64,000 nt of DNA from the NCBI GenBank assembly GCA_963735805.1, contig CAVTMK010000002.1:1344001-1408000 (forward strand), written 5' to 3'. Every line of letters starts with the position of its first letter. Positions within the stretch are counted from its first letter, which is position 1. Shown piece after piece: positions 19,975-29,922 of this stretch. Origin of the DNA: an uncultured Verrucomicrobiae bacterium. GTDB lineage: Bacteria; Verrucomicrobiota; Verrucomicrobiia; Chthoniobacterales; UBA10450. The position numbers were made by a program, and so were the translations under genes. Under the pieces are notes generated by a model. The model worked only from the letters and a program-made list of their open reading frames with translations, made no database searches and was not told the DNA's origin.

Positions 19975-20168
19975 GATCACGTCATCCGACGTCCCAACGC
20001 ACTTTCGGGCCGAGCTGAAAGGTCTGGAGGGGCTTAACCTTCGCTGAGGCACCGCTTAGCGCGATCTCCAGATTCACCTGGAGCCCGAGTCGACCGAAGC
20101 GAGGCAGCTATTTAAAGCGCCTCGTGAAGATGAGTCATCGCTCCGCGCGGATTTGGAGCAGTCAACCC
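19975..20168 (+). ncRNA. Candidate structured ncRNA / 5' leader, copy B
   Basis: Paralog of 9240..9431 (minus strand), with substitutions that preserve the stems. Confidence 0.6.
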
Positions 20169-20184
20169 TAAATGAAAGGCATTT

Positions 20185-20478
20185 ATGAAATTCGTTAGTC
20201 TTAGAAGAGAGCGAACTCACCGGAAAGGAAAGTTACAGAAACCGTTCAATGCCACAGTTGAATTTTTCACCAAGCGGATGGCTCCTCCTCATCAAATCCA
20301 CACTTACACCGAACTGCAGCAACAGATTCACGAAGACCTGCGGATTCAACATCCCGAATGGATCCAGCCAAATGGCGAATCTCCCATGTGTGATGCTTAC
20401 GAGGTGCGCCTCACGGAACTCCTGAACACATTGACGCGAAGATCCCCTAACAACTCGCAGCAGGGAAGAACCATATGA
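20185..20478 (+). CDS. Small 'HQIHxYTEL' protein, copy B (alternative start 20278)
   Basis: HQIHTYTELQQQIHEDLRIQHPEWIQPNGESPMC, paralogous to 8741..8935. Confidence 0.65.
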   Translation: MKFVSLRRERTHRKGKLQKPFNATVEFFTKRMAPPHQIHTYTELQQQIHEDLRIQHPEWIQPNGESPMCDAYEVRLTELLNTLTRRSPNNSQQGRTI

Positions 20479-20506
20479 ATTCAGTGATTCGACTGAAAGG
20501 TGAGCA

Positions 20507-20848
20507 ATGACGGCGATTCTAGCCCAGTTCCCGGATGAATCTATCGAACTCGACGGCGTCGAGGAGCACAGGGTCCTGACAATGCTGGGAGTCATTTATG
20601 AAGGCGGCTCGCTCCACGGCAAGATCGCCGATTTCTCCACGCGCGACATCGAACGCCTGGCGGTCGGCCGTCACGGGCGTAATTGGCACTTCTTTGAAAC
20701 TTATAAGCGCACAATCTGTGTCGATATTCGCAGTGGACGAACAATCTTTCGCTACGCCGGCATCACTTCTAAAGCCAATAACAACACCCGGTGTAAGAGG
20801 CTGCTGGCGGCGCTTCGCATCCGCAAATTGAGGGCCATCGAAATATGA
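20507..20848 (+). CDS. Hypothetical protein
   Basis: 113 aa, AAGGTG RBS, co-oriented with the upstream ORF. Confidence 0.55.
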   Translation: MTAILAQFPDESIELDGVEEHRVLTMLGVIYEGGSLHGKIADFSTRDIERLAVGRHGRNWHFFETYKRTICVDIRSGRTIFRYAGITSKANNNTRCKRLLAALRIRKLRAIEI

Positions 20849-20921
20849 ATGGGTGCAAGGTTAAGAAAGATACCTTCATCACTCGGTGGCGCCGAGTTCA
20901 AACTGAAAACCTCCCACGTGC

Positions 20922-21254
20922 TCAATGCGCTCCTGCGATCATGTCCTTCATGATTTTGCGGCCGGTCGCCTGCAATGGTCCCATTCCGCTTCCCGGCAGG
21001 AACCACATGCCTTTGTCTTTGTCACGGCAATAAACAATGTTGACGTCGTCGCTCGTGATCGCGTGATGAAATGTGGCGCCAGTGTTCTCGGCAATGAATC
21101 GGAAGAAAGTCTCGCGCCATGGGTCATCGGCATAATGGAAAATCTCTTCGCCAAGTTTCTTTAGTTCTTCACCGCTAATGGTACGAATGGATTTGGCAAT
21201 TGCTTTGCGGCGCTCCTTGTCGAGGCTTTCAAGATCGAATTTTTCGAATGGCAT
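20922..21254 (-). CDS. Hypothetical protein
   Basis: 110 aa with natural composition. Confidence 0.65.
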   Translation of the reverse strand: MPFEKFDLESLDKERRKAIAKSIRTISGEELKKLGEEIFHYADDPWRETFFRFIAENTGATFHHAITSDDVNIVYCRDKDKGMWFLPGSGMGPLQATGRKIMKDMIAGAH

Positions 21255-21360
21255 AAGGTCAGATTATTCTGTTGAGTACGGTTCGTTAGGCAATGGAAGA
21301 GACACAGGTGAGCGGCATCGAGGGATTTTCTCTTTTAATCGAGTCCATCGAAGTAGCCCA

Positions 21361-21376
21361 TTGGACTTTAGTCTTA
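21361..21376. promoter_or_regulatory. Operator box 7 (TTGGAC-TTTA-GTCTTA) between divergent genes
   Basis: Plus strand: TTCATG-17bp-TAATGG toward cax. Minus strand: TAAAAG at 23 bp toward 21254. Confidence 0.7.
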
Positions 21377-21417
21377 TTCATGATCGCAGGCCTTTGTGGT
21401 AATGGAATCATGGAGCC

Positions 21418-22506
21418 ATGAAGCTGCTTCTTCAAGAAATCCGTCGCAACCCACTGCTTTGGCTGCTTGTGTTTGTTCCCATCGCGCTAGCAACTGAGAA
21501 ACTCAACCATGAAGCGCACACGTTACATTTCGTTCTTTCGGTGCTCGCGATTTTGCCGTTGGCTGTTCTGCTGAGTCATGCGACGGAATCTGTCGCGGCG
21601 AAGACGGGCGATTCGGTCGGCGGTCTGCTTAACGCAACGCTTGGCAATCTAACCGAGCTTGTCATCGCTATCGCCGCTTTGCAGGCGGGACAATACACAT
21701 TGGTCAAGGCATCGATCGCCGGCGCGATCGTGACGAATTCCTTGTTTATGCTGGGCGCATCGTTCCTGCTCGGCGGACTCCGCTATCACGTTCAGGAATT
21801 CAACCGTGTCGCCGCGCGATTTCAGGCCGGCTTGCTTTTCCTCGCTACAATAGCGCTTCTAATTCCGTCCGCCGTATCCGCGCGCGATTCGTTAGGTGCA
21901 GGCGGTTCAACCAAAACCCTGAGCGTGGCACTCTCATTTTTGCTTTTGCTCGCATACGGTCTCGGTCTTTGGTTTTCACTCAACACGCATCGCGAATTGT
22001 TCGCAAGCTCGGCCGAGGAACACGAAGCGGCGTGGCCGATCGGTCTGGCGCTCGCCACGCTGGCAGCTGTTACGGTTTTCGTTGCGTTGGTAAGCGAAGT
22101 GTTTGTCGGATCCGTTCAGTACGCGGCGACTGCCTTTGGAATGAGCCCTGCGTTCGTCGGGTTCATCGTTGTGGCTTTGGTGGGCGCAGCTGCCGAAATG
22201 GCGTCCGCATTTTCCGCCGCGCGCAAGAATCGTCTCGATTTGAGCGTGAGCATTGCACTTGGCAGCGCCGCGCAGATTGCCCTCTTCGTTGCTCCGGTTC
22301 TGGTACTGCTGAGTTATTTGATCGGCCCCGCGCCGATGGATTTGAATTTCTGGCCCGGTGCAGTCGCGATGATTCTGTTCGCAACGCTCACCGCATCTCT
22401 GGTGACCACATCTGGTCGCTCCGCCTGGTTCGTCGGCGTGCTCGTGATCTTGGTTTACCTGATATTCGCTACGGCGCTCTATCTTTTGCCACCCCAGAAT
22501 ACTTGA
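21418..22506 (+). CDS. cax: Ca2+/H+ antiporter (CaCA/CAX)
   Basis: Alpha-1 repeat 'GGLLNATLGNLTEL', alpha-2 'GAAAEM', 'GSAAQIALFVAP'. Confidence 0.92.
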   Translation: MKLLLQEIRRNPLLWLLVFVPIALATEKLNHEAHTLHFVLSVLAILPLAVLLSHATESVAAKTGDSVGGLLNATLGNLTELVIAIAALQAGQYTLVKASIAGAIVTNSLFMLGASFLLGGLRYHVQEFNRVAARFQAGLLFLATIALLIPSAVSARDSLGAGGSTKTLSVALSFLLLLAYGLGLWFSLNTHRELFASSAEEHEAAWPIGLALATLAAVTVFVALVSEVFVGSVQYAATAFGMSPAFVGFIVVALVGAAAEMASAFSAARKNRLDLSVSIALGSAAQIALFVAPVLVLLSYLIGPAPMDLNFWPGAVAMILFATLTASLVTTSGRSAWFVGVLVILVYLIFATALYLLPPQNT

Positions 22507-22575
22507 ATTAGGCGATCAACGCGATTACGCACCATGAAACGCCGCTGGAAAGTTGTTACCAATCATTGAGAGCTA

Positions 22576-23481
22576 ATGAAAATAAAAGAAATCATCAAAA
22601 CAGCCAGTGAACTGGCCGAGCCATTCCGTGTCAACAAAGGCAAAAACTTTCGCCTTAAAGATGTCGATCCAGACGACACCCTTGATTTCACCAAAGAGGC
22701 TGACAAACCGAGAGCGAAGGAAGCGTTGGCGATGGGCGTCACGGCCCTGGCCGAGTTGCAAGACAAGCTATACGCCCAGGATAAGTGGGCTGTGCTTTTG
22801 ATCTTTCAAGCAATGGACGCGGCTGGCAAGGATGGCGCCATCAAGCATGTCCTGTCGGGCGTAAATCCACAGGGCTGCCAGGTGTATTCGTTCAAATCGC
22901 CCTCGTCCGAAGATCTGGATCACGATTACCTCTGGCGCTGCATGAAATGCCTGCCGAACCGGGGTCAGATCGGAATTTTTAACCGCAGCTATTATGAAGA
23001 GGTACTCGTCGTCCGGGTGCATCCCGAATTCCTGGCGAAACAAAAATTGCCGCCAAAACTAGTGGGCAAACACATTTGGGAAGAGCGATTCGAAGACATC
23101 CGCAATTTCGAGCAATATCTGTCGAGGAATGGCGTCGTGGTGCGGAAATTTTTTCTACACGTTTCAAAGAAAGAACAGAAACGACGATTCCTTGAGCGAA
23201 TCGACGACCCGCTGAAAAACTGGAAGTTCTCGTCCAACGACGCGAATGAGCGCGACTTTTGGGACGATTACATGGGAGCGTACGAAGAAATGATTCAGGA
23301 AACGGCAACGAAAGACGCGCCGTGGTATGTGGTCCCGGCGGACAACAAATGGTTCACACGTGTCGTCGTCGCCGCAGCGGTGATTGAAACCCTCGCCTCA
23401 CTGGATCTGGCGTACCCCAAAGTGGATGAAGGAAAACTCAAGGAACTGGCGGCAGCGAAAAAGAAATTAGTAAGCAAGTAA
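22576..23481 (+). CDS. ppk2: Polyphosphate kinase 2 family (class III-like)
   Basis: 'QAMDAAGKDG', 'IFNRSYYEEVLVVRVH', 'APWYVVPADNKW'. Confidence 0.95.
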   Translation: MKIKEIIKTASELAEPFRVNKGKNFRLKDVDPDDTLDFTKEADKPRAKEALAMGVTALAELQDKLYAQDKWAVLLIFQAMDAAGKDGAIKHVLSGVNPQGCQVYSFKSPSSEDLDHDYLWRCMKCLPNRGQIGIFNRSYYEEVLVVRVHPEFLAKQKLPPKLVGKHIWEERFEDIRNFEQYLSRNGVVVRKFFLHVSKKEQKRRFLERIDDPLKNWKFSSNDANERDFWDDYMGAYEEMIQETATKDAPWYVVPADNKWFTRVVVAAAVIETLASLDLAYPKVDEGKLKELAAAKKKLVSK

Positions 23482-23649
23482 AGTCTGCCGTAGTGCAAAA
23501 TGGTTTGGCTGCACGCGCAGATGGAATCCGTTTGGAATTTGACGGCGACCATCCAGCTCAATGGGCGAGGGGCATTGAATCTGTCCTGCCCGGTAATTAA
23601 GTATCTTATTCGCCGCGCAACAGCGAGCCTTAAGGCGGATCTTCGCAGC

Positions 23650-24295
23650 TCACGACTCCTTAGGTGATGTGGGCAACACCGAGACTGTTTTCCAATTGAA
23701 GGCAATGGCGAGCATGCGAAAGACAAAGCAACACCCAATCGACAGCAATGCTGCTGTTGTTGCCGACATCTTGAAGTACAAGATCAGCAACGTAAACAGG
23801 CTTGCTCCAATCAAAGCCGCGAGCACGTAGAGCTGTCCCGGTTTGAACAGGAGCGGTTCATCGCTCACCAGCACATCGCGTAACAGCCCACCGCCGCAGG
23901 CAGTCACGATGCCGATCATGATCGCGGTCAGAATCGGGAGCTGGGCGTTAAGCGCGTGCTCCACACCAACGACCGCGTAACAACCCAACCCAAGCGCATC
24001 GGCAAACAGAAAAGCGGTTTGCAAACGAGCGATGTGATTGCGAAACAAGGCCGCGAGCAATACAACCGACAATAACAACAGCAAGATAACGCCCATCGCT
24101 CATCGCAAGCGGCGGTCCGTGTTGGATAAAAATGCCATCACGAATCAAACCGCCGCCCACTCCGGTCACCAGCGCCAGCACGAACAAGCCTATCACGTCA
24201 TAGTGCCGGCGAATCGCGAGCAAGGCGCCGGTCATGGCGTAGAGGCACGTCGCGCTTAGATCGATGTAGATCGGAAGTGTGAAATGGCTCCTCAT
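23650..24295 (-). CDS. Trimeric intracellular cation channel (TRIC/UPF0126) family protein, +1 insertion at ~24061
   Basis: Two repeats 'TGVGGGLIRD' and 'TACGGGLLRD' lie in adjacent frames. Confidence 0.85.
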
Positions 24296-24761
24296 AACCA
24301 GGCATCCTCTTTCGTTGTCGCGCGGAGCTCGGATGAAGGCAAATCCCGACCAGGTGAGGCCGCCCTGCGAATCTCCGAAATCGAGCTAATGAAGGCTCTC
24401 AACATCTGGAGAATCAAAGAAGGGCCGGTCAGACGAATGCCGCTTTGCCGGGCGTTGCTCAGACGTCTGATTTGATGCACAGCCGAGAAGCAGCATTGAA
24501 AACACAAAAAATAAAGCAATTGTCCTTACGTGACCCGAAGAATTGCCTAACGAGATATGTGAGGAATCATGCCGTCCAATCCGCTCGCGGTCTGTGTGGT
24601 TAACCGATGAAAGCGGAGTCATGGGAACTCATTTTCGTTGGAAGAGCGATGCCATCAAAACTACGTGATGACTCACCACCTCGCAACGCATCGTCTACTG
24701 CATTGACTGCGCTTACAAGAATGCAGGCAGGATTGAGGACCCCATGCTGGTACAGGAGTAC

Positions 24762-26447
24762 CTACGTCATCATGGCAACCAAAACTGGCCCCCATGCCGT
24801 GAGCACGATATTGCCAATCGCGTAGGGCACGGTGTAGCCCAAAGCCGGGAGGTCACTATCCGCCTCTTCCTGGACCGCGCGAAGCGCAGCGGTGATCGTC
24901 CCTGCGCCGCAACAAGCACCCAGAACGATTACGGGGTTCATCCTTAAGACATAACGACCGAACAAGATAGACACTGCGTGCGGTAGAATCGCGATTACAA
25001 GGCCGACGAAGACGAGGCTGATCCCCGACTTCTGCAGCCCCGAAAAAAAGCTGGGCCCTGCGGCAAGTCCCACGCAGGCCATGAAGACTGTCAAACCCAC
25101 CGTGTCGAAGATCCACATGGCCGACCCTGGGATCCGGCCGAATGTCGGGTGAACCGCGCGCAGCCAACCGAATACCAGACCCATGATCAGCGCGCCTCCG
25201 CTGGCGGTAAGCGTGAGGGGTAACCCCGCAACTGTAAGGGTGAGCAATCCCATGAAGCCGCCTAGCACGATCCCCAAACCGACGAAGATCATGTCTGTCA
25301 TTACAGTCTGGCGATCGGCATATCCGAGCTCCTTGGCCGCGCGCGCGACGTCGCGCGCAGCTCCGACGAGCGTGAGTACGTCGCCCCGCTCCACTCGTGT
25401 CGCGGGAGAGAATGGCATCGGCTCGCCAACCCTGGTCAGCTTTTTCAAAAACACCCCCCGAGCGAACTCCATGGCCGCCAGATCTGTAAGAGTTTTGCCG
25501 ACGAAAGACCTGTTGGTGATCACCACGTCGAGCACGTCGATCGGAAAACTCAGGAGTTCCTTGTCATCTACTTCGGCCCCGATCTCTCCCCCGCGGGCCG
25601 TCAGCAATTCCGAGCGCGTCAGGACCGCAATGACGTCACCTTCGCGAACGACCGTGTCTGGGTCGGGCTCGATGATCTTGCCCTCCCTGCGAATTCTGGA
25701 GATGAAGACGCGAGCTTGTTTGGGACGTGCCTCCAGTTCGGCGACATTCCGATTGATCAAATCCGGGTTCGTGACCTTGTAAGCGCGAACCGCCAGAGCC
25801 TGGTAGGCTGACAGCGTCTCCGGCTCGCCGCCGCCCGAGGCTGCGATCTTTGCACGGAGTTTTCGGGCCTCCTCCTTCAAATTAACGCGCATCAGCTTCG
25901 GACCAATGTTCGGGAGAAACCACACGATAAACGCTGTGCCGATAAGATAAGTGACGGCGTAGGCTACCGGGATGTTATTGATCAGGTTGGTTTTGTCCGC
26001 GTCCGGTATGGTGGCCACGCGACCGATGGCATCGCTCGCGGTTCCGATGACGGTCGACTCAGTGAATGCGCCGGCAAGCATACCAGCTGCCGTGCCCACG
26101 TCGTAACCGAGGAGTTTCGCGGCGGTATACGCGGCGACCAGGCACGTGATGCAGAGGACGAGCGTAATGGCAAGCTGCGGCAATGCGTCCTTCTTTAGAG
26201 CGCGGAAGAACTGGGGTCCCACCTTGTAGCCGGTGGTGAAAAGAAAGAGATCAAAAAAGACATATTTTACCACGGCGGGAACCTGGATGTTCAGCTGGCC
26301 GATCGCGACTCCCGCGAGCAGCGTGCCCACGGCGGTACCGAGGCTGAACGTCCCGATTTTAAGACGGCCGATGAAGAAGCCGATCGCCAATGTTAAGAAA
26401 ACCGCGAGTTCCTGATGCTCCCTAAGACCTTGGGTAAGATAGTTCAT
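24762..26447 (-). CDS. aspT: Aspartate:alanine antiporter (AAE family), copy 2
   Basis: 'GYKVGPQFF', 'PVAYAVTY', TrkA_C domains, 'PALGYTVPYAIGN'. Confidence 0.92.
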   Translation of the reverse strand: MNYLTQGLREHQELAVFLTLAIGFFIGRLKIGTFSLGTAVGTLLAGVAIGQLNIQVPAVVKYVFFDLFLFTTGYKVGPQFFRALKKDALPQLAITLVLCITCLVAAYTAAKLLGYDVGTAAGMLAGAFTESTVIGTASDAIGRVATIPDADKTNLINNIPVAYAVTYLIGTAFIVWFLPNIGPKLMRVNLKEEARKLRAKIAASGGGEPETLSAYQALAVRAYKVTNPDLINRNVAELEARPKQARVFISRIRREGKIIEPDPDTVVREGDVIAVLTRSELLTARGGEIGAEVDDKELLSFPIDVLDVVITNRSFVGKTLTDLAAMEFARGVFLKKLTRVGEPMPFSPATRVERGDVLTLVGAARDVARAAKELGYADRQTVMTDMIFVGLGIVLGGFMGLLTLTVAGLPLTLTASGGALIMGLVFGWLRAVHPTFGRIPGSAMWIFDTVGLTVFMACVGLAAGPSFFSGLQKSGISLVFVGLVIAILPHAVSILFGRYVLRMNPVIVLGACCGAGTITAALRAVQEEADSDLPALGYTVPYAIGNIVLTAWGPVLVAMMT

Positions 26448-26483
26448 AGTGATGGCTGGCTTTCAAAGTTGGGGTGGTTGATC

Positions 26484-26520
26484 ACAGGAGTCGTTAGTGT
26501 AGACAGGAGTCGTTAGGTAG
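26484..26520. repeat. Short tandem duplication (ACAGGAGTCGTTAG x2, period 19)
   Basis: Seen directly in the porin-aspT spacer. Confidence 0.7.
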
Positions 26521-26547
26521 AAGCATTTCTCCGCGCGGTTCGACTTG

Positions 26548-28060
26548 TTAGAACTTGATTACGTAGTTAAAAATCGCGCGGAAGTCGGTGAGATTGTGCA
26601 CGTCTCCTCCAAACTGCTGGACGACCGCATAGCGCAGACGCAGAGACAAGCCCTCCAGGACGCCTTTTTTGGGGCCCCACTGGAGATTAAAATCGAACTC
26701 GTTCTGTCGAAATTGTCCCGCTAGATCAGGGTCCGTACCAAACACCGCTAAGGCATAGGCGCTCAGTCCGTCGACCCAGGGAAAGTCATAACCAGCGCGA
26801 ACAAGAAACGCGCCCTCACCGGCTCGATTGAAGTCTTGAACCTGAACACTCGTATAGCCGGGATAGCCGCTCCACGGGTTTTGCAAGTTGGCGGTCCCCC
26901 AAGCTTGGGTGAAAGCTGCGGTAAACAGCGCATTCTTGACGGGCACGTCTAATTTGATGCCGAATTGATGACCCGAGAAACTGTGGCCCTGTAGGTCGTT
27001 ATTCCCGACACTACCCTGGTCCACATACTGGCCAGCGAACTTTAGCTTCCAGTCGCCGGTAAGCGGGACTTCCAGCTTAGATTCGGCATATGCGATGTTG
27101 ATGATGTCTTCGCTGTAATAGTCGATCGCACCAATGTTAAATTTTCCGTTCTCATAGAGGGCTCCGGCCGACCACACGCCTCGCTCGACATCAGCGCCCG
27201 CGTCTTCTGACATCGAGACAAACTCGCTGTCATTTTGCGCTTTGATTTTGTAGAAATACCCGAGTCCGTATTTGATCGACGCGACGTCCGCGGCCGGTGT
27301 TGGCGTCGGGACTGCAACCTCTTTTCCATCTTTGCTCAGGCCCACGCCGTCGTCGGCCACGTTGTCATCGCCGCTGCTGCTCGTGCCAAGCTTGGTGCGA
27401 CCCTGCAAAACGATCGCCTCAAACGTATTTGGCGTCATGCGGGTGTCGTTGCGGTTGATAAAAGGCGTGTCGTAGCCCTTGGCTCCGACAGTAATACCCA
27501 CGTCTTTGACGATCCGGAGTTCAGCGTAGAACTCGCCCATGACCGTATAGTTATTCTGCCCGGGCGCCAGGAGGCCGGTTCCATCCCTGTCGTCAGGGGC
27601 ATATATCGGATTGGAAGTGTAAACTGTCGCTCCGAACGCAACATGGTCGAGAAAGTAACCGGTCTTCACGCCCAGCCAGCCGCCGATGGCCCAAGCCTGT
27701 TTCTCTGCGCCACTGAAGTCGCTGCGATCGAAATAGAAACTGCGCAAGTTGAATTCGAACTTTGTATCTTTCAGGGCTTGCCGGCGTTTTTCCAACCGCC
27801 ATTCACGGGTGTCAAATGAGTCGACCAGAGGTGTCTGACCTTGCTCAACAGATGTTAGCGCGCTGTCGGTTGGAGCGACCTCGGTCACCGTTAGGATGGG
27901 AGCGAACTTGCGTCACCGCCAGGGAGAGATCAGACGGACCGGCCATCCAGGGGTCTATATCCTTCTCCTGCTGACCGAGGGTAGTTTTTACACCGCTCAA
28001 CACGGTCAGTAGCGCTACTGCGGTGCATGCGTAGTCACGAAGAGAAGTTCGTGTACTCAT
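26548..28060 (-). CDS. OprD-family outer-membrane porin, +1 insertion at ~27904
   Basis: Signal peptide in ORF 27845..28060; 'DTPFINRNDTRMTPNTFE', 'DFNRAGE', C-terminal Phe. Confidence 0.8.
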
Positions 28061-28185
28061 AATGGTGTGCTGGGGCTGACCTTCACCGGCGCCTGCTAGT
28101 ATTGGCTTTCTCTCCGTCAGGAGTAAATATTTTTTTAACCCTTTTTTCCTTTCTATTGCGACAGTGGCATCGCGAACTAACCGAA

Positions 28186-29883
28186 CTAGCGTTTCGGGGC
28201 CGGCGGGGCAGTCTTGCCTGTAGCTGCCTCATAAGCCTGCCTGTATCCGCGCGCGATAGCGCGAACCGCCCGACCGATGTCGTCGTAGACGTGATTCTCC
28301 AAGTTTGCGAAGGATATGCGCACCGACCAATCGGGAGCGGCAAAGCCGCCGCCGTTGAGCAGAACGATGCCGTGGTCCTCCGCCAGGCGGAACACGATGT
28401 CGAGAGGGTGCACGTTTGCCTTCATCCACTTGACGACGTCCTCGCCCAGGTGTTTGCGGGCAAAAAACTCGAAATCGATCAGGCCGTAATAGTAGTCGAA
28501 GAACTCATTCGGAGCGATTGGGATGTCCAGCCCTTCGATCGTTGCGTCGACCCGCTTCTTGCAGATGCCGATACAGGCTTTCTGATAGAGCTTCTTTTCG
28601 TCCATCAGCTCGCTGAGCGAGAACAGCGTCATCATGACCTGCTGCGGAAGCGACAGTCCAGCCGTGTGATTGAGCGCGATGTCGCGGCTGTCGGCAACGA
28701 TGCGGTCGATGAACGCGAACTCGCGCGGCTTAAGGGTGAGCCCGCCGTAACGCTTGTCCAGGAGTTTCTTGATCGGCTCGGGATGCGCGGCGATCATCTT
28801 ATCGAAGATGTTGTTCTCGTAGACGGCGATCGCTCCGAGGCGCCACCCGGTACAGCCGAAGTACTTGCTGTACGAATATACGCCGATCGTGTTCTCCGGG
28901 AACTCTCCCATCAGCGAACGGAAACCCGGGACGAACGTGCCATAGACGTCGTCGGTCAGCAGGATCAGATCGGGACGCTTCTTGAGCACGGCCCCGATTT
29001 TCTTAATCGTGTCTGGAGAAAGCGCGACAGCGAATGGATTGCCAGGATTGACGATGAAGAACGCTTTGATCTTCGGGTCGAGAAGCTTTTTGATCTCTTC
29101 ATCCGGATACTGAAACCGATCCTCCTGCTTCGCATGGATCTCGACGTAATGGAGGTCGTAGTCCTCCAGATGCGCCATTTCCAGGTAGGGCGTGAAGATC
29201 GGTACCCCGAGCGCTATCGTGTCGCCGGGGTTGAGAATCCGATTGCTTTTTAGCGATTTGAAAATGTAACACATGGCGGCGGTTCCGCCCTCGACCGCGT
29301 AGATCTTGAACTTGCCTTCCGGCCGCGGATTTCCGCACATGGCCCATTCCAGGTACTCGTGAACGATCTGTTCGTTGTGCACCAGCATGCGGTCTGGCAC
29401 CGGATAGTGATCGCCAATGATGGAATCCACCAACTCGTGCACGAACTTGTCGGGGTCGAAGCTGAACCTGTTCACCGCCCACGGCACCATCGCCTGCAGA
29501 AAGGGTGCACCTGGCATGTCAGCATGTTGCTTCAACCAGGCTTCAAGTCGGCCAGCTATTCCCTCTGCGTTAGGCATCCCGCCCACGCCGGGTGGCAGGT
29601 CAAGTACCCGCTTGCACTCAGTAATTGCGAACTGCCCGAGGAGGAAGAACGCTTCGCGCGGCTCAGTGGCGACCCAGTTTGGGTTGCCACGACCGGCGTT
29701 CAGGTATGACAGGGAATTTTCCAGCGCCGTTTTTGATGCCACTTTTTGGACGAAATCCTTGATCTCGAACGGACCGAGTTTGTCGAACTCTTTCAGTCTC
29801 GCATTATCTGATAATGGGCGACTGCCACGATGAGGTTGTTTCTTAGCCTTTCCAGGCCGAGAGGGTTTGCTTTTTGTTGTCAT
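28186..29883 (-). CDS. aspD: Bifunctional aspartate transaminase / L-aspartate beta-decarboxylase
   Basis: 'LNAGRGNPNW', 'YSYSKYFGCTGWRLG' (PLP Lys), 'HTAGLSLPQQ'; flanked by aspT genes. Confidence 0.93.
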   Translation of the reverse strand: MTTKSKPSRPGKAKKQPHRGSRPLSDNARLKEFDKLGPFEIKDFVQKVASKTALENSLSYLNAGRGNPNWVATEPREAFFLLGQFAITECKRVLDLPPGVGGMPNAEGIAGRLEAWLKQHADMPGAPFLQAMVPWAVNRFSFDPDKFVHELVDSIIGDHYPVPDRMLVHNEQIVHEYLEWAMCGNPRPEGKFKIYAVEGGTAAMCYIFKSLKSNRILNPGDTIALGVPIFTPYLEMAHLEDYDLHYVEIHAKQEDRFQYPDEEIKKLLDPKIKAFFIVNPGNPFAVALSPDTIKKIGAVLKKRPDLILLTDDVYGTFVPGFRSLMGEFPENTIGVYSYSKYFGCTGWRLGAIAVYENNIFDKMIAAHPEPIKKLLDKRYGGLTLKPREFAFIDRIVADSRDIALNHTAGLSLPQQVMMTLFSLSELMDEKKLYQKACIGICKKRVDATIEGLDIPIAPNEFFDYYYGLIDFEFFARKHLGEDVVKWMKANVHPLDIVFRLAEDHGIVLLNGGGFAAPDWSVRISFANLENHVYDDIGRAVRAIARGYRQAYEAATGKTAPPAPKR

Positions 29884-29922
29884 AGTTTTTTTGCTATTAA
29901 ATCATGTTCGGAAAATGTGTTC

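Noticed and set aside
24292..24622. Possible small frameshifted lipoprotein (LLGC) upstream of the TRIC gene
   Set aside because: No clear start and no recognisable family; support too weak.
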